Below are positions 26,790 to 40,828 of a stretch of 64,000 bases of DNA, piece by piece. Each line of letters opens with the position of its first letter. Position 1 is the first letter of the stretch. This stretch comes from Octopus sinensis (lineage: Eukaryota). A program made the position numbers and the translations under genes. Location of the stretch: contig NC_043003.1 in NCBI RefSeq assembly GCF_006345805.1, positions 27,528,001 through 27,592,000 of the forward strand. The letters are read 5' to 3'. The notes under the pieces are model-generated. The model did no database searches. It worked only from the letters and a program-made list of their open reading frames with translations, and had not been told where the DNA came from.

Positions 26790-28090
26790 TTTTGGTGTTA
26801 GTCCAGCAATTTTGAGGAGAGGATTAAGTTAATTACACCGAATCCAGTACTCAACTAGTGCTTATTTTATTGACGCTGAAAGGATGAAAGGTAAAGTCGA
26901 CCTTGGTGGGATTTGAAACTAGAATCCAAAGAGCTGGAAGAAAATACTGCAAAGCATTTTTTCCAACTCTAATGAATCTGCCAGCCTGGCCACTTTAATA
27001 ATAATCCTTTCTACTACAGGTACAAGTCCTAAAATTTTAGGAGAGTGGGCTAGTCAGTTACATTGACCCCAGAGCTTGATTAGTATCTATTTTATCAGTC
27101 TCAAAATGATGAAAGGTAAACCTGAAAGAAATGCCACTGGGGTATTTTGTCTAGTATGCTAATAGTTCTGCCAGCTCACCACATTAAAAAAAAAAGATAA
27201 TTAAAAATAATAATGATAATGGTTTCAACTTTTAGCACAAGGTCAACAATTTTAGAGGTGGGGGTAAGTTGATTACATCAACCCTAGTGTTCAGACTGGT
27301 ACTTTTTTTGTTGATAAAAAGCAAAGTCAACCTTGGCAGCATTTGAATTCAGATCAAGAAAGATGAATTGCCACCAAGCATCTTGTCCAGTGTGCCAAAA
27401 ATTCTGTCAGCTCACTGCCTCAAATAATTATGATAACAATAGTCTCTGATTTAGGCACAATTTTGTAACTTTGAGGTGAGAATGTTAATTGATGCCATTC
27501 AACTTAGTACTTAACTGGTACTTTATTTCATTAATCATAGAGGAATGAAATGCAAAGACAATCTCTGCAGGATTTGAACTTAGAATGTAAAGAGCCAGAA
27601 TGCAAAGCATTTGTCAGATGTTCTAACAATTCTGCCAACTTGTTGCCTTAATAATAATAAATGGTTTCAAATTTTGGCACAAGGCCAGCAATATTGAGGC
27701 AGGGGGTAAGGCGATTACATTTGAGCCCAGTACTCAACTGGTACTTACTTTATTGGCCCCAAAGAGATGAATGGTAAGGTTGACCACAGTGGAATTTGAA
27801 CTCAGAAATGTAAAGATGGGTGAAGTACCACTAAGCACTTTGTCCAGCGTGCTAAAGATTCTGTCAGCTCACCGCCTTAACAATAATAATAACAATACTT
27901 TCGAACTTTGCTACAAGGCCAGGGGAAAGTGAAGTCAATTACATCAAACCCAGTATTCAGCTGATATATATTTTATCAGCCCCAAGAGGATGGAAAGCAA
28001 AGTCAACTTCAGCAGCATTTGAACTCAGATCATAAAGATCCAGAAGAAAGACTGCTAAGCACTTTGTCAAGTGCATTAATTCCTGCAGTT
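26790..28090 (-). repeat. Head-to-tail array of family B SINEs in reverse orientation
   Basis: Recurrent GGCACAAGGCC...AAAGGATGAAAGG.AAAGTC.ACC...ATTTGAACTC...CTGCCAGCTC units. Confidence 0.85.
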
Positions 28091-28096
28091 TTCCAC

Positions 28097-28525
28097 ATCA
28101 TCATCATCATCGTTTAACGTCCGTCTTCCTTGCTAGCATGGGTTGGACGATTTGACTGAGGACTGGCGAACCAGATGGCTGCACCAGACTCCAATCTAAT
28201 CTGGCAAAGTTTCTACAGCTGGATGCTCTTCATAACGCCAACTACCCCGAGAGTGTAGTGGGTGCTTTTTACGTGCCACCGGCACGAGGGCCAGTCAGGC
28301 AGTACTGGCAACGGCCACGCTCAAATGGTGTTTTTTTTATGTGCCACCTGCACAGGAGCCAGTCCAGCGGCACTGGCAACGACCTCGATCGAATGTTTTT
28401 TCACATACCACCAGCACAAGTTCCAGTAAGGCGACGCAGGTAACGATCACGTTCGAATGGTGTTTCTTTTTTTTACGTGCCATCGGCACGGAGGCCAGCT
28501 TGTTGTTCTGGCACACGGAGGCCAA
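28097..28525 (-). mobile_element. Family C interspersed repeat with internal TGGCAC subrepeats and (GAT)n tail; related copies 23063-23510-, 53530-53998+, 48840-49190-
   Basis: Shared GGCGTTAGGAAGGGCATCCAGCTGTAGAAAC...AACCCATGCTAGCATGGAAA...CGTTAAACGATGATGATG-type sequence. Confidence 0.8.
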
Positions 28526-29059
28526 CTTAACAATAATGGTTTCAAATTTTGGCACAAGGCCAACTGTTTTGGGTGGGGGTATGTTGATCACACCAAACCC
28601 AGTGTTCAACTGGTACTTGTCGATTTGGAGATTTTGTGACAATGCATTTTTCAGTTACTGGAAACAAGTTGCCGTTAATCGTTTCCTTCGTGACACTGAA
28701 CCCGTATTTTAAAAATAAATTCGAAAGCTTTTTTACATGGAAATGTAAAAGCGTTGATCTTTATTTACTTTTCGTAACTTACATAATTTTTAAAATGCAT
28801 TCCATTGTCTTTTTTAGTTGCTTTGATCTGTATGTCTTGTCTTAACAACTGCAATCTTTTTTTAAAATTTAGTTTTAACTATTATAATTTTCAAATTTTT
28901 TTTAGCTTAGATAAATAGTGTAGTAAGGGACGTTACTCTACATGACTCCGTCTCAACTTCGTTTCGTTTCATTTTACATAGTCAAGTATAATATTTTCTC
29001 CTCCATTTATTTTTCTCTTATTAAATTCAGCTCGAGAGGTGCCAGCATGTATATGTGTG

Positions 29060-29109
<50 letters not shown>

Positions 29110-29429
29110 GAGAGAAAACTCAAGCACACAATTCGTTAGGAAAGGATAAACGAGGGAAAATTACTATTTGTAAATCTCACAACCAGAGATATTCAGCAAC
29201 AGTACTTTGTAGTAAAGATTGTTTGCCAACATAACATGGCAGTCTTGGTTTAGGACGAATGTTGCTGTAATTTAGCCCCCATAGGGCAGGAGGTGGGGTT
29301 TGATATCCTGTCTCCAGTCATTGAATACAGAGAAGTGAAAGCACTAAAAGTGACAGCTATTTTAAAGTAAAACATTTTTAGATAAACTATGAAAGAAAAA
29401 AAAGAAGGAAAATATTAAAAAAGTGTACT

Positions 29430-29800
29430 AAATGGAAGTACTCGAGTACGGGGTTTGAGTAGCTATCGCATCCCCACATCCATATAATATCATCCCATCA
29501 TTCATCCACTTTATTTTTTATCTTCCCCACTGCATGTTTTGTCTGTCCTTGTATTGTTTGTCCCCTTTGTATTTCGCCCCTTGTGGGTAACAGAGAATTA
29601 AGAGATTGTCGTGTTTTTACTGGTTTTACTAAGTATACTGTATACCGAAATGGGCGTTATAACAATCCAACACATAGTGGCGACGAGGATTTTAGCAACT
29701 CATGGGAAGTTAACAAACTCAGTTTTTGTTGTGCGAATTTCACGAAAAAAAAAATAGTATAAAATTATGGAAAATTTGTTGGCCGGTTTGCTCGAGTTGC
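29430..29800 (+). mobile_element. LTR-retrotransposon 5' LTR end and primer-binding-site remnant; boundaries approximate
   Basis: ...CAACACA-TAG-TGGCGACGAG at 29678-29687 resembles a Gypsy PBS. No pol sequence follows. Confidence 0.5.
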
Positions 29801-30189
29801 AAAAATAACAACAGCAACAGTGGGTGGTGAACCCCGCTGTACTCTTTCACCACAACTGTCTCTCACTTTTTCTTCCTACTGCCACAAAGCAGATGAACCA
29901 TGGTGTAACCCACTATGGTGGGGTAAACTTTCTGAGCCTAGTCTAGATTGCGAATCCTCTAACCCAGGATGGTTCAGCTCTCATCTGTATGTCACAGCAA
30001 TATTTTTGGGGAAAATAAACAGTAAAAGATATGAAAGACTTCAAGTATTGGTAGAAATTCAACAAAATTAGCTATCAAAAATGAGATAATATAGATTCCC
30101 TCCGTAAGAAAAAAAAAAAAAAACGAAATCCTTACATTTTTTTTTTATCTACATGCAACCAAATGTAATAAATAGGTATAAAGAGAAAG

Positions 30190-30473
30190 TCACTTATTAA
30201 AGTTATTTCTACAGATTTCCTACAGAAATTAGAGCCAGCACTGGAAGTTATGACGCTTCGTATACTAATGTGTCCATGTAAACAATTCTATCGAAGATAG
30301 AAAAATAATGAGTGTATATGCATATTTCAGGAGTTCTTGCTCCTTCTTCAACACATCCAACTCATTAATCATCCACGAGCACATTGCTTAAAAGCTATCA
30401 AATACAACAGTGTAACTTCCAGTACTGGTTCTAATTTTTATAGAAAATCAGTAGAAAGCAACTTTAATAAGTA
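30190..30473. mobile_element. Fold-back/MITE-like element with ~60-bp imperfect terminal inverted repeats
   Basis: CTTATTAAAGTTATTTCTACAGATTTCCTACAGAAATTAGAGCCAGCACTGGAAGTTA vs TAACTTCCAGTACTGGTTCTAATTTTTATAGAAAATCAGTAGAAAGCAACTTTAATAAG. Confidence 0.75.
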
Positions 30474-31085
30474 ATTTAATAGCACTGCTAACACCGTATT
30501 GACTTATAATATAACTTTAATATACTGGGTTGTATGTTATGGTCGTATAACGAAATACCAGTGTCCCTACCGGCATTTATTAAAAGATAGAGTGTAAAAA
30601 TAGGAATTGTTAGGTGAAAAGCGAAACTATGTGGTAAGTTGAGGAACAAGTGCTGATAATGCTGCCGTGAACATTAATATAAAGTTCTTAGACAAGGGAC
30701 GTTACTCTATTTGACTATGCATAAATCACTTCCTTCCGCTTCGTTTTTGTAGTCTTTATCGTAATGTTTATATGGTCGTTTAATAATTAGAGGAGCCAGT
30801 TGACAGTCAAGTGGCATTATATGATATAAAAAATATATATTCAAGTCCATACTTGTTTCAGTCTTCTAATATAATTTCATATTTGGTGTGCTTTACAGGA
30901 ATATTAAATAAATCTCAGTAGGAGGGTAGGCAAAGTTGACTTCGTCTGAATTTGAACTCGAAACGTAAAGGGCCGTAACTTAAATATCGCAAGCATTTTG
31001 TCCGACTCTCTATAGATTTTATCCCCGTTTCCCCCTTTAATATACGTTAGAGAGGCAACCAAGTCATTTAAATTCTTTAATCTAA

Positions 31086-31116
<31 letters not shown>

Positions 31117-31529
31117 TACGTTATAAGACATCACTATCTATGTCCAAAGCAAAATATAGAATTTAACTTATTCGGTGTGTGTATACCACATTGATATCAT
31201 TTCCAGGACTACTTATATTCATCCGATGCACATACTCAAAAACCATACGCAGACTCGCCCTAGACATACTCTCTGACGTATAATTAGTCCCATCAAAATC
31301 AACCGGACTATTCAGCAAACATTGCACAAGAAGTTCATTATGTACTCAAACGCTCATAAACCTCTACCCTTTGAATTCTATTCCCTACTACCCACTTATT
31401 TACCACGTGCTCAATACACGACTTCGCCGAAAGAATCAACAGCAAGCTTCTACATGGTCGCTCGACTTACTAGAGATGACATTCGAATTCCCTTCTATTT
31501 TTGAATTAAAGATGATATTGGATTATCAT

Positions 31530-32090
31530 GACCCCTTCTGCAAGTAGTATGAGGTAACTCTTTTCACCCTGAACCACATTTTGAGTTGATGCCCTAGGAG
31601 AAGGCCGATACAAGTGGAGACATGACAAGGTTCTTGCAGAAATCACCAAGTGGACTAATCTGCAAAGGGTGAAGGTTAATAAACATCAGGGGGTATAACA
31701 TTCCTAAAGGAAGGCAACAAAACTTCCACAGTGAAAGCAATGGTAAGAGGACCTGAAGGTCAGACTTGTCTTCCCAGAGTTGATAGTGGTAACATCACTC
31801 CCACCAAACATATTCCTGCTCTTCAGGAATACGAAAACTATCATTGTGGTCAAGCTCACAGTACCTTGGAAGGACACTCAATATTTCTCACCAGGTAAAG
31901 AAAACAAAATATCGGGATTTAGTTGAAAATGCCTTTGTCAAGGGGTGGCATGCAGCCTCATTTCCCATTGAAGCTAGCTGCTGCAATTTCCCAGCTAGAT
32001 GACTGCACTGTTGGCTTGAACCCAGACAACTGAAAAAAAATTTATCAAGAAGATAAGCATGGTAGCTGAAATTAGCCCCATTCAGATGAA
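31530..32090 (+). mobile_element. HERO/NeSL-like (RLE) non-LTR remnant
   Basis: TLNHILS*C / ALGEGRYKWRHDKVLAEI, IIVVKLTVPWKD, KKTKYRDLVE..KGW..FPIE: CCHC knuckle plus restriction-like endonuclease motifs, with stops and frameshifts. Confidence 0.7.
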
Positions 32091-32257
32091 GCATACAAAA
32101 TGCTTGTGACTCTGAGATATCTGCTACTGATATTAAAGGCTTTTCAGTATTATGATGGATTTAGAAGAGATTTCAAGATCTCTGAATAGCTCCTACAATT
32201 GCAGTGTGAGGCAAAGCATCTCTGATGTTTATTTCACCTATATATATATATATACAT

Positions 32258-32608
32258 ACGAGCAAAATGCTCCCTGTCCAATGGATGGTGCTGAGTTGTC
32301 AAACATTTAAACCGAATTTTCTCAAAACAACTTCTCCGACCATCCCATTTTGTGGCATTATTTCAAGCCAGCCGGCTTTTTTTGAGCAAACTGCATGTGC
32401 ATTTTTCTCGCAAACGCGTAGTATCGATAGCAACAGCTGATGTAGTTGCGTGTACAAATACATGTTCCCACAGCTTTGTCGATCGCATTCTCAAATTTGA
32501 CATGCCTGATACCGTTGGTATCTACATATCAAATTTGAGCGCAATCGGATGCCCGAGATCCTAGAAGACACACACACAGACAGACAGAACGGATTTTATA
32601 TAATAGAT
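32258..32608 (+). mobile_element. Non-autonomous Helitron/Helentron-like element; a similar 3' end occurs at 1-305
   Basis: CpG-retaining; ends CAAATTTGAGCGCAATCGG...ACAGACAGAC...TTTTATATAATAGAT, inserted in (TA)n. Class assigned from resemblance only. Confidence 0.5.
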
Positions 32609-35059
32609 ATATATATGCATGTGTGTACTTGCAGACATGGCTATGCAGTTAAGTTTGCTTCTCACCACATGTCTTTTGCATTCATTTCCACTGCATACCT
32701 TGACCATGTGGATTCTATTATAGGTTTGACCAAAGTCTTGAGTGAATTTGATACACAGAAACTACAATAATCTCATTTCACACACATACACATGAGCATC
32801 TGTATTTATTTACTTATGTGCTTCTCTGAAACTTGCCCTGTTGTATGTGGTGATGTTGCTATTATTTCCACTGTTAGTGAGTCTTCTGCTGGCTTTGTAC
32901 CTTTGATTACATGTAGAATAAACAATATCTTACTTAAAAGATAGAAAGGGTGAGTGACAAAGAAGATATTCAGTTGTAAAATAATGTCTCAATAATATAT
33001 GTTCATCTAACTCATGCTAGCATGGTAAAACAGATGTAAAAGCCACCAAACGTATATAAAGTAAATGTCTGAAGAAACACACATTTTCCCCAAATCATCT
33101 CGCATTGAACATTCTCATAACAAAAGATGTTTTAAGCATGACCATCCTGTTTTTTACTCAAGGACCACTCTTTTTAAGATGGTAGAATGTGATTTGAGGA
33201 AAATTTTGTTGCTATATGTTGCAGATTGAATGAATACAAAGAGGCTCTTTGAACTTGTGATAATATGAAAAGGTGTATGTTGTCATTGAACAGGATTAGC
33301 AGTTCCAGGCTGCAAGCTCCAATTTTTTCACAAAATAACATTAATCATGCTGACCTTCCTGTTTAAAGAGAATAAGATGTGCTTAGGGGAGACTTGGCTG
33401 CTATTTCCAGTAGGTTGAATGACCATGTAGAGGCTCTTTGTTGGTTGGTTTATCACATTTTAGCACAAGGCCAACGATTTTGGGGAAGGGCCAAGTCAAA
33501 TCAACTGGTATTTATTTTATTGACCTCAAAAGGATGAAAGGCAAAGTTGACCCTGGTGACATTTGAACCTAGAATGTAAATACAGACAAAATACCGCTAA
33601 GCATTTTTCCTGACATGCTAATGATTCTCCCAGCTCATCATCTTATGTTTGGGTGTAATACTAGGTGTATGAGAGCTTAGTTGTGCAATGGACATAAATT
33701 TAATTGGCCTTAATGATTAATAATTTAACACTGTCCATACCACAAATGCATATAAGTATCTCTGGGATTTCACAACATAGCAAACAGGTCACATATGAGT
33801 ATCTCTGGGATTTTATGACTGTTTGTGAGAGACACATGCGCCAATGGTATTTCATAGATAATAGATGTTTGCATGTAGTTTGGATAATTTTAATAAATCA
33901 AAGATAAATTATTTATTTTGTTTTCTTTTTTAACAGATTTTTCATAAAGCTGGAAGATTTTCAAAGGATTTTAAAAAACCCAAAGGAAAGTGGTCAAAGT
34001 TGAAAAAGTTCTTTAGAAACTGTTGTGTGGTTAAGATATAAACTTCATAATCAATTAGTTTTGGGTTCAGTCCCACTGTGTGCACCTTAAGAAAGTGTTT
34101 TTGCCAGTCTCATACTGATCCAAGATTTATGAGTAAAATTGGTTAACAAGAAACATTACAGAAGACTGTCCCTTTTTTTATGGGTAGTAGACTTAATCTG
34201 CTACCATGATTAACACTGCCACTATCAGGTCATTGCAAGCATTCTGATTAGATATCCTGCCTAAGACTAATTCAAGAATTATTTGGTTTCTGCAAAAGGT
34301 TATGGGCATTGTTTTTCATCTCTATAAAAATGATAAAGTTATGATCCCTGTAAAATATAGTTGAATGCCTTTTATTAAATTATTTTGTATATTTTTTGTA
34401 AGAAGTCAAGAACATAAACAGAGTAAGCCCTTCTATAGAATCGAACCACTTATCTATTACCGTTTCTTAGGGTCCATTGTAGATTAGTTCTTGGCAATAT
34501 GTGTGTGCATCCGTGTTTGTGTACATAAAATGCCTAGTCAGAAGGAACCAAGAAATACTGTATAAGGGATAATGACTCAGAAGAAAGAGAAGCAGAGGAG
34601 TGAGAAAAGGAAATATTAATCAAGGAAGTTGACTTTTTAACCCTTTTCTTGCCATATTTCTTTTGAGAAAATAGTATCGTTGTTTCAGTTGATGATGAAA
34701 ATAATGAAGAATTTAGTAAAATAACTCATTATTAAGCTGACATATGGAGAGAAAATTAACCTGGAATTTGTCGGAAGGTTTTAATTTAGATCGTTTTATT
34801 CCTTTTGTTAGCCTATTTCTGGTGAAATACATTGCCTTCGTTTCAATTAATTTTTAAAATAATGAAGATAATTTTTGTTATTACTAACTTGGAATCTGGA
34901 ACATTAATTAATATGAGATTTTACTGGACAGTTTTAATTCAAATCACTTAAAAAGAAGGAGTTTTTATAAAACCAAGTCCAGCTACAGGCAAGTTGGCAT
35001 CAAAAGGGATACAAGAAAATTTTTAATTTTCAAGAGAAAAAGTAAAATAAGAATTCATG

Positions 35060-35061
<2 letters not shown>

Positions 35062-35099
<38 letters not shown>

Positions 35100-35195
35100 A
35101 TATATATATATATAATGTATATATATATATATTATGTTATAATATATATATATAGTATGTATATATATATAATATATATGTTATATATTATATAT

Positions 35196-35283
<88 letters not shown>

Positions 35284-35377
35284 TATATATATTATATATA
35301 TATATGTGTATATATATATATATATGTATATATATATTATATATATATATAATATGTGTATATATATATAATATATT

Positions 35378-35409
<32 letters not shown>

Positions 35410-35437
35410 ATGGTATAATATAATATATATATATACA

Positions 35438-35470
<33 letters not shown>

Positions 35471-35510
35471 ATGTTATTATATATATATGTATATATAATA
35501 TATATATATG

Positions 35511-35554
<44 letters not shown>

Positions 35555-35572
35555 ATATATAATATATATATG

Positions 35573-35608
<36 letters not shown>

Positions 35609-35632
35609 TATGTGTATATATATAATATATTG

Positions 35633-35666
<34 letters not shown>

Positions 35667-35858
35667 GTATATATGTGTTATATATATATATATATGTATA
35701 TATGTGATATATATATATATATATGTATATATGTGTAATATATATAATATATAATGTTGTATATAGTGTATATATATATATATATATATATATAGTATAT
35801 ATGTATATATGTGTATATATATATATATATATATAATATATCTATATGTATATATGTG

Positions 35859-35900
<42 letters not shown>

Positions 35901-36022
35901 GTGTATATATATATATTATATAATATATATATATATGTATATATGTGTATATATATATATATTATATATATATGTATATATGTGTATATATATATATAAT
36001 ATATATATATATGTATATATGT

Positions 36023-36063
<41 letters not shown>

Positions 36064-36114
36064 GTGTATATATATATATCTATATATATATATATATATG
36101 TATATATGTGTATT

Positions 36115-36151
<37 letters not shown>

Positions 36152-36186
36152 GTGTATATATATATATATATAATATATATATATGT

Positions 36187-36238
<52 letters not shown>

Positions 36239-36316
36239 TTATATATGTATATATGTATATACTAATATATATATATATTATATGTATAATATATATATAT
36301 CATATTTATATATATG

Positions 36317-36389
<73 letters not shown>

Positions 36390-36443
36390 ATATATATATA
36401 TATATATAATATAATATATATATTATATATATATATATGTATA

Positions 36444-36474
<31 letters not shown>

Positions 36475-36486
36475 ATGTATATATAT

Positions 36487-36523
<37 letters not shown>

Positions 36524-37075
36524 GTGTATATATATAATATATGTTGTATATAATATATATATGTATATATATATATGTATATATATATATATGTATGTAT
36601 ATATATATATATATATGTATTATATATATATGTATATATATATATATCTGTATATATGTGTATTATATATATATAATATATATGTATATATATATATATC
36701 TATATATATGTATCTATATATGTATATATGTGTATATATATATGTATATATATATATATATATGTTATATATATATATGTATATAGTATATATCTATATG
36801 TATATATGTGTATTATTATGTATATATTGTATATATGTATATATATATGTATATATGTGTATATATATATGTATATATATATGTATATATATGTATATAT
36901 ATATTTACTATATGTGTATATATATATGTTATATATATATGTATATATATAATATGTATATATATTGTATATATATATATGTATATTATATATGTATATA
37001 TTATATGTATATATATATATGTATATGTATATATATAATGTATATTATAATATGTATATACTATATATATATATG

Positions 37076-37120
<45 letters not shown>

Positions 37121-37331
37121 GTATATATATATATGTATATGTATATAATATAATGTATATATATATATGTATATGTATATATGTATATGTATATATAATA
37201 TATGTATATATATATATGTATATGTCTATATATATATGTATATATATATATATGTATATATATATATGTATATGTATATATATATATGTATATATATATA
37301 TATGTAATATATATATATATATGTATATATA
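35062..37331. repeat. Long degenerate (TA)n/(TATATG)n microsatellite block 1
   Basis: Direct reading; source of the spurious poly-IY ORFs. Confidence 0.97.
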
Positions 37332-38568
37332 CTTTGATACTTTGTATACTTTGTAGGTTTCGGCATTATTGGCCCAGGCCATGTCTAACTAATAGCACCA
37401 CCTGGTGAAGTCTTTCAAGTCAGAATTGGGCACTATGGCCCACTCAAGTAGAGAGTTATTGTTTACAGAGACATATCCGGGTGTAGGGGTTTATCCGGGA
37501 TTTCTTGAAGGACTCTGTCCAAAGACTTCTTGAACCCTATAGGGTCAGTTTCTGTGTTAATGTGTTTTGGTGTAATGTTAAAGAGAGCGGGGCCAATTGA
37601 GGTGAAATAATTGTGCCGTATTGTTGTTATGAGATGAGAGTGCGATTTTTGTTTTGGGCGGATGGCACGGGGCCCAAGCCTTGGATGTACCTTAAAGGTG
37701 ATGCCAACATCATTTGGGCAATGCTGATGGAATATGTTCCACATCATGCAGATGATTCGCGCTCACGACGACGTTGGAGAGAATAGAGTTTTAGCTTTTC
37801 TAGTCGACCCCAATAGTCGAGGCCTGTCATGCCATCTATCTTTTTTGTGATTGCCCCTTTGAGTGCTTCAACTTTTATGATACCTTGTATGGTGTGGGGA
37901 GACCACAGTGGACAACAGTATTCAAGGTGGGTCGGGCAAAAGTGTAGAAGAGAAGGATAATGGTGTGGAATATCTCTCGACTGGAAAGTTTCTGAGAATC
38001 CAGGAACACATTCTGCGGGCCATGTCAACTTTGGTGTTTTATGAGTGGCCCCTTACGTTGTTTGTCCACAATTCTCCCAAGTCTCTGATGTTGTTGGACG
38101 CCGCGAAGTTTTCACACCTGAAGGAAGGGAGTATGGGAGTTTCAGGGCACCTCTTTTCCAAAGTGGATTAGCTCAAATTTATCCTCGTTCAGCAGCATAT
38201 TGTTTTTTTTCTGCCATTGGATAACAGCCAGTAGATCTGACTGAAGGCATGTCCGGTCACTCGCCTCATTTATGACCTTCTGTAGCTTGGAGTCATCTGC
38301 AAAGATTTTTATGTTGCTGTGCTTGATGATGTCATTAATGTCATTAACGTAAATGATGAAAAAATGGGCCCAGCACAGTGCCTTGCGGAACGCCACTACT
38401 CTGACTTTGTATGGGCTTGATTTAACCCTTCAACTACAACATGTTGAGATCTGTCTGTCAGGAAACACTTAATCCATTCAGTAACTTTCCAGAGACACCA
38501 ATGTTGGATAGTTTTTTCAATAGGATCTGTGATCGACCCTGTCGAAGGCCTTACTGAAATCAGGTAGA
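37332..38568 (-). mobile_element. 5'-truncated CR1-group LINE (RT C-terminal half and 3' tail)
   Basis: Frameshifted pieces [21 protein letters not shown]...IKIFADDSKL, HLEYCCPLWSP, RLEKLKLYSLQRRRER, FKKSLDRVLQEIPDKP. Tail of (ACAAAGTAT)-like repeats next to the TA block. Confidence 0.9.
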
Positions 38569-38873
38569 TGACATATATATGTATATATATTATATGTATA
38601 TATATATATATGTATATATATATATGTATTATGTATATATATATATATGTATATATGTATAATGTATATATGTATATATGTATATATATATATAATGTCT
38701 ATATATATACATATATGTATATATGTTATTATGTATATATGTATATATCTATATAATGTATATATATATAGTGTATATATAATATGTATATATCTATATA
38801 TGTATAATATATATATATGTATATATATGTTATATATATATGTATATATATATATGTATATATATAATATATG

Positions 38874-38905
<32 letters not shown>

Positions 38906-38951
38906 ATATATATATATGTATATATATTATATGTATTATATATTATATATG

Positions 38952-38984
<33 letters not shown>

Positions 38985-39260
38985 AATAATTATATTATAT
39001 GTATATATTATTATATGTATATTCTATATATCTATATAATATATATATATGTAATATATATATATCTGTAATATAATATATATATATATTGTATATTATA
39101 TATATTATATATGTATATATATATATATATATATGGTAATATAAAATAAAAATGTTGATAATATATATATATATACATGTATATATATATGTATATATAT
39201 GTATATATATATATATATATATATCTATTATATATATATAATGTATATATAATATATATG

Positions 39261-39297
<37 letters not shown>

Positions 39298-39356
39298 TTA
39301 TATGTATATATATATATATATATACATGTATATATATATGTATATATATATGTATA

Positions 39357-39403
<47 letters not shown>

Positions 39404-39519
39404 TATATAATATATATTATGTAATATTCTATATATATATATATGTATATATATAATATTTAGATGTATATATATATATATATCTACATGTATATATATA
39501 TGTATATATATATGGATAA

Positions 39520-39550
<31 letters not shown>

Positions 39551-39889
39551 TATTTTTGTATATATGTAGATATAATGTATTATACTATTTTGTATATATG
39601 TTATATAATGTATATATGTATTTGTATCTATGTATATATCTATGTATATAGTTATAGGATATATGTATATATATTGTATATATATATGTATGTATATATA
39701 ATAGATTTATATGTATATATATATGTATATATATATGTATATGTATATATATGTATATATATATGTATTGTATGTATATATATATGTATAGTATATATCT
39801 GTATATATATATGTATATATATAATAATGTATATATATATATATATATATAATATTATATATATATTATATATATATATCTATATATAT

Positions 39890-39929
<40 letters not shown>

Positions 39930-39943
39930 GTATCTATATGTTA

Positions 39944-39979
<36 letters not shown>

Positions 39980-40618
39980 ATATATGTATATATATATATA
40001 TATATAGATGTATATATAATGTTATATATATATATATCTATATGTATATATGTATATATATGTATATATATGTATATGTATATATAATATATATATGTAT
40101 ATATATGTATATATATGTATATAATATATGTATGTATATATGTATATATATGTTATATATGTATTATATATATGTATATATATATATGTATATATATATG
40201 TATATATATAATATGTTATATATATCATGTATATATAATATATGTATTATATATATGTATATATATATGTATATATATATGTATATATTATATATATATA
40301 ATGTAATATATATATGTATATATATATTATATATATATGTATATATAATATATTATAGTATATATAATGCTATATATATTGTATTATATATGTATATATA
40401 TGTATATATATGTATATATATGTATATATATGTATCTATGTATATATATATATATGTATATATATGTATATATGTATATTATAGATATATGTATATATAT
40501 GTATATATATGTATATATATATATTGTATATATATGTATATATATGTATATATATATGTATATATATGTATATATATATATATATATGTATGTATATATA
40601 TATATATATATATATATG

Positions 40619-40649
<31 letters not shown>

Positions 40650-40681
40650 ATGTATAGTATATATATATATATGTATAATAT

Positions 40682-40745
<64 letters not shown>

Positions 40746-40790
40746 GTAATATATATATATATAATATATGTATATGTCTATATATATATG

Positions 40791-40828
<38 letters not shown>
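38569..40828. repeat. Long degenerate (TA)n block 2
   Basis: Direct reading. Confidence 0.97.

Noticed and set aside
32150-32226. Box C/D snoRNA-like ATGATG...CTGA
   Set aside because: Imperfect C box, no convincing terminal stem or recognisable guide, no host intron established.
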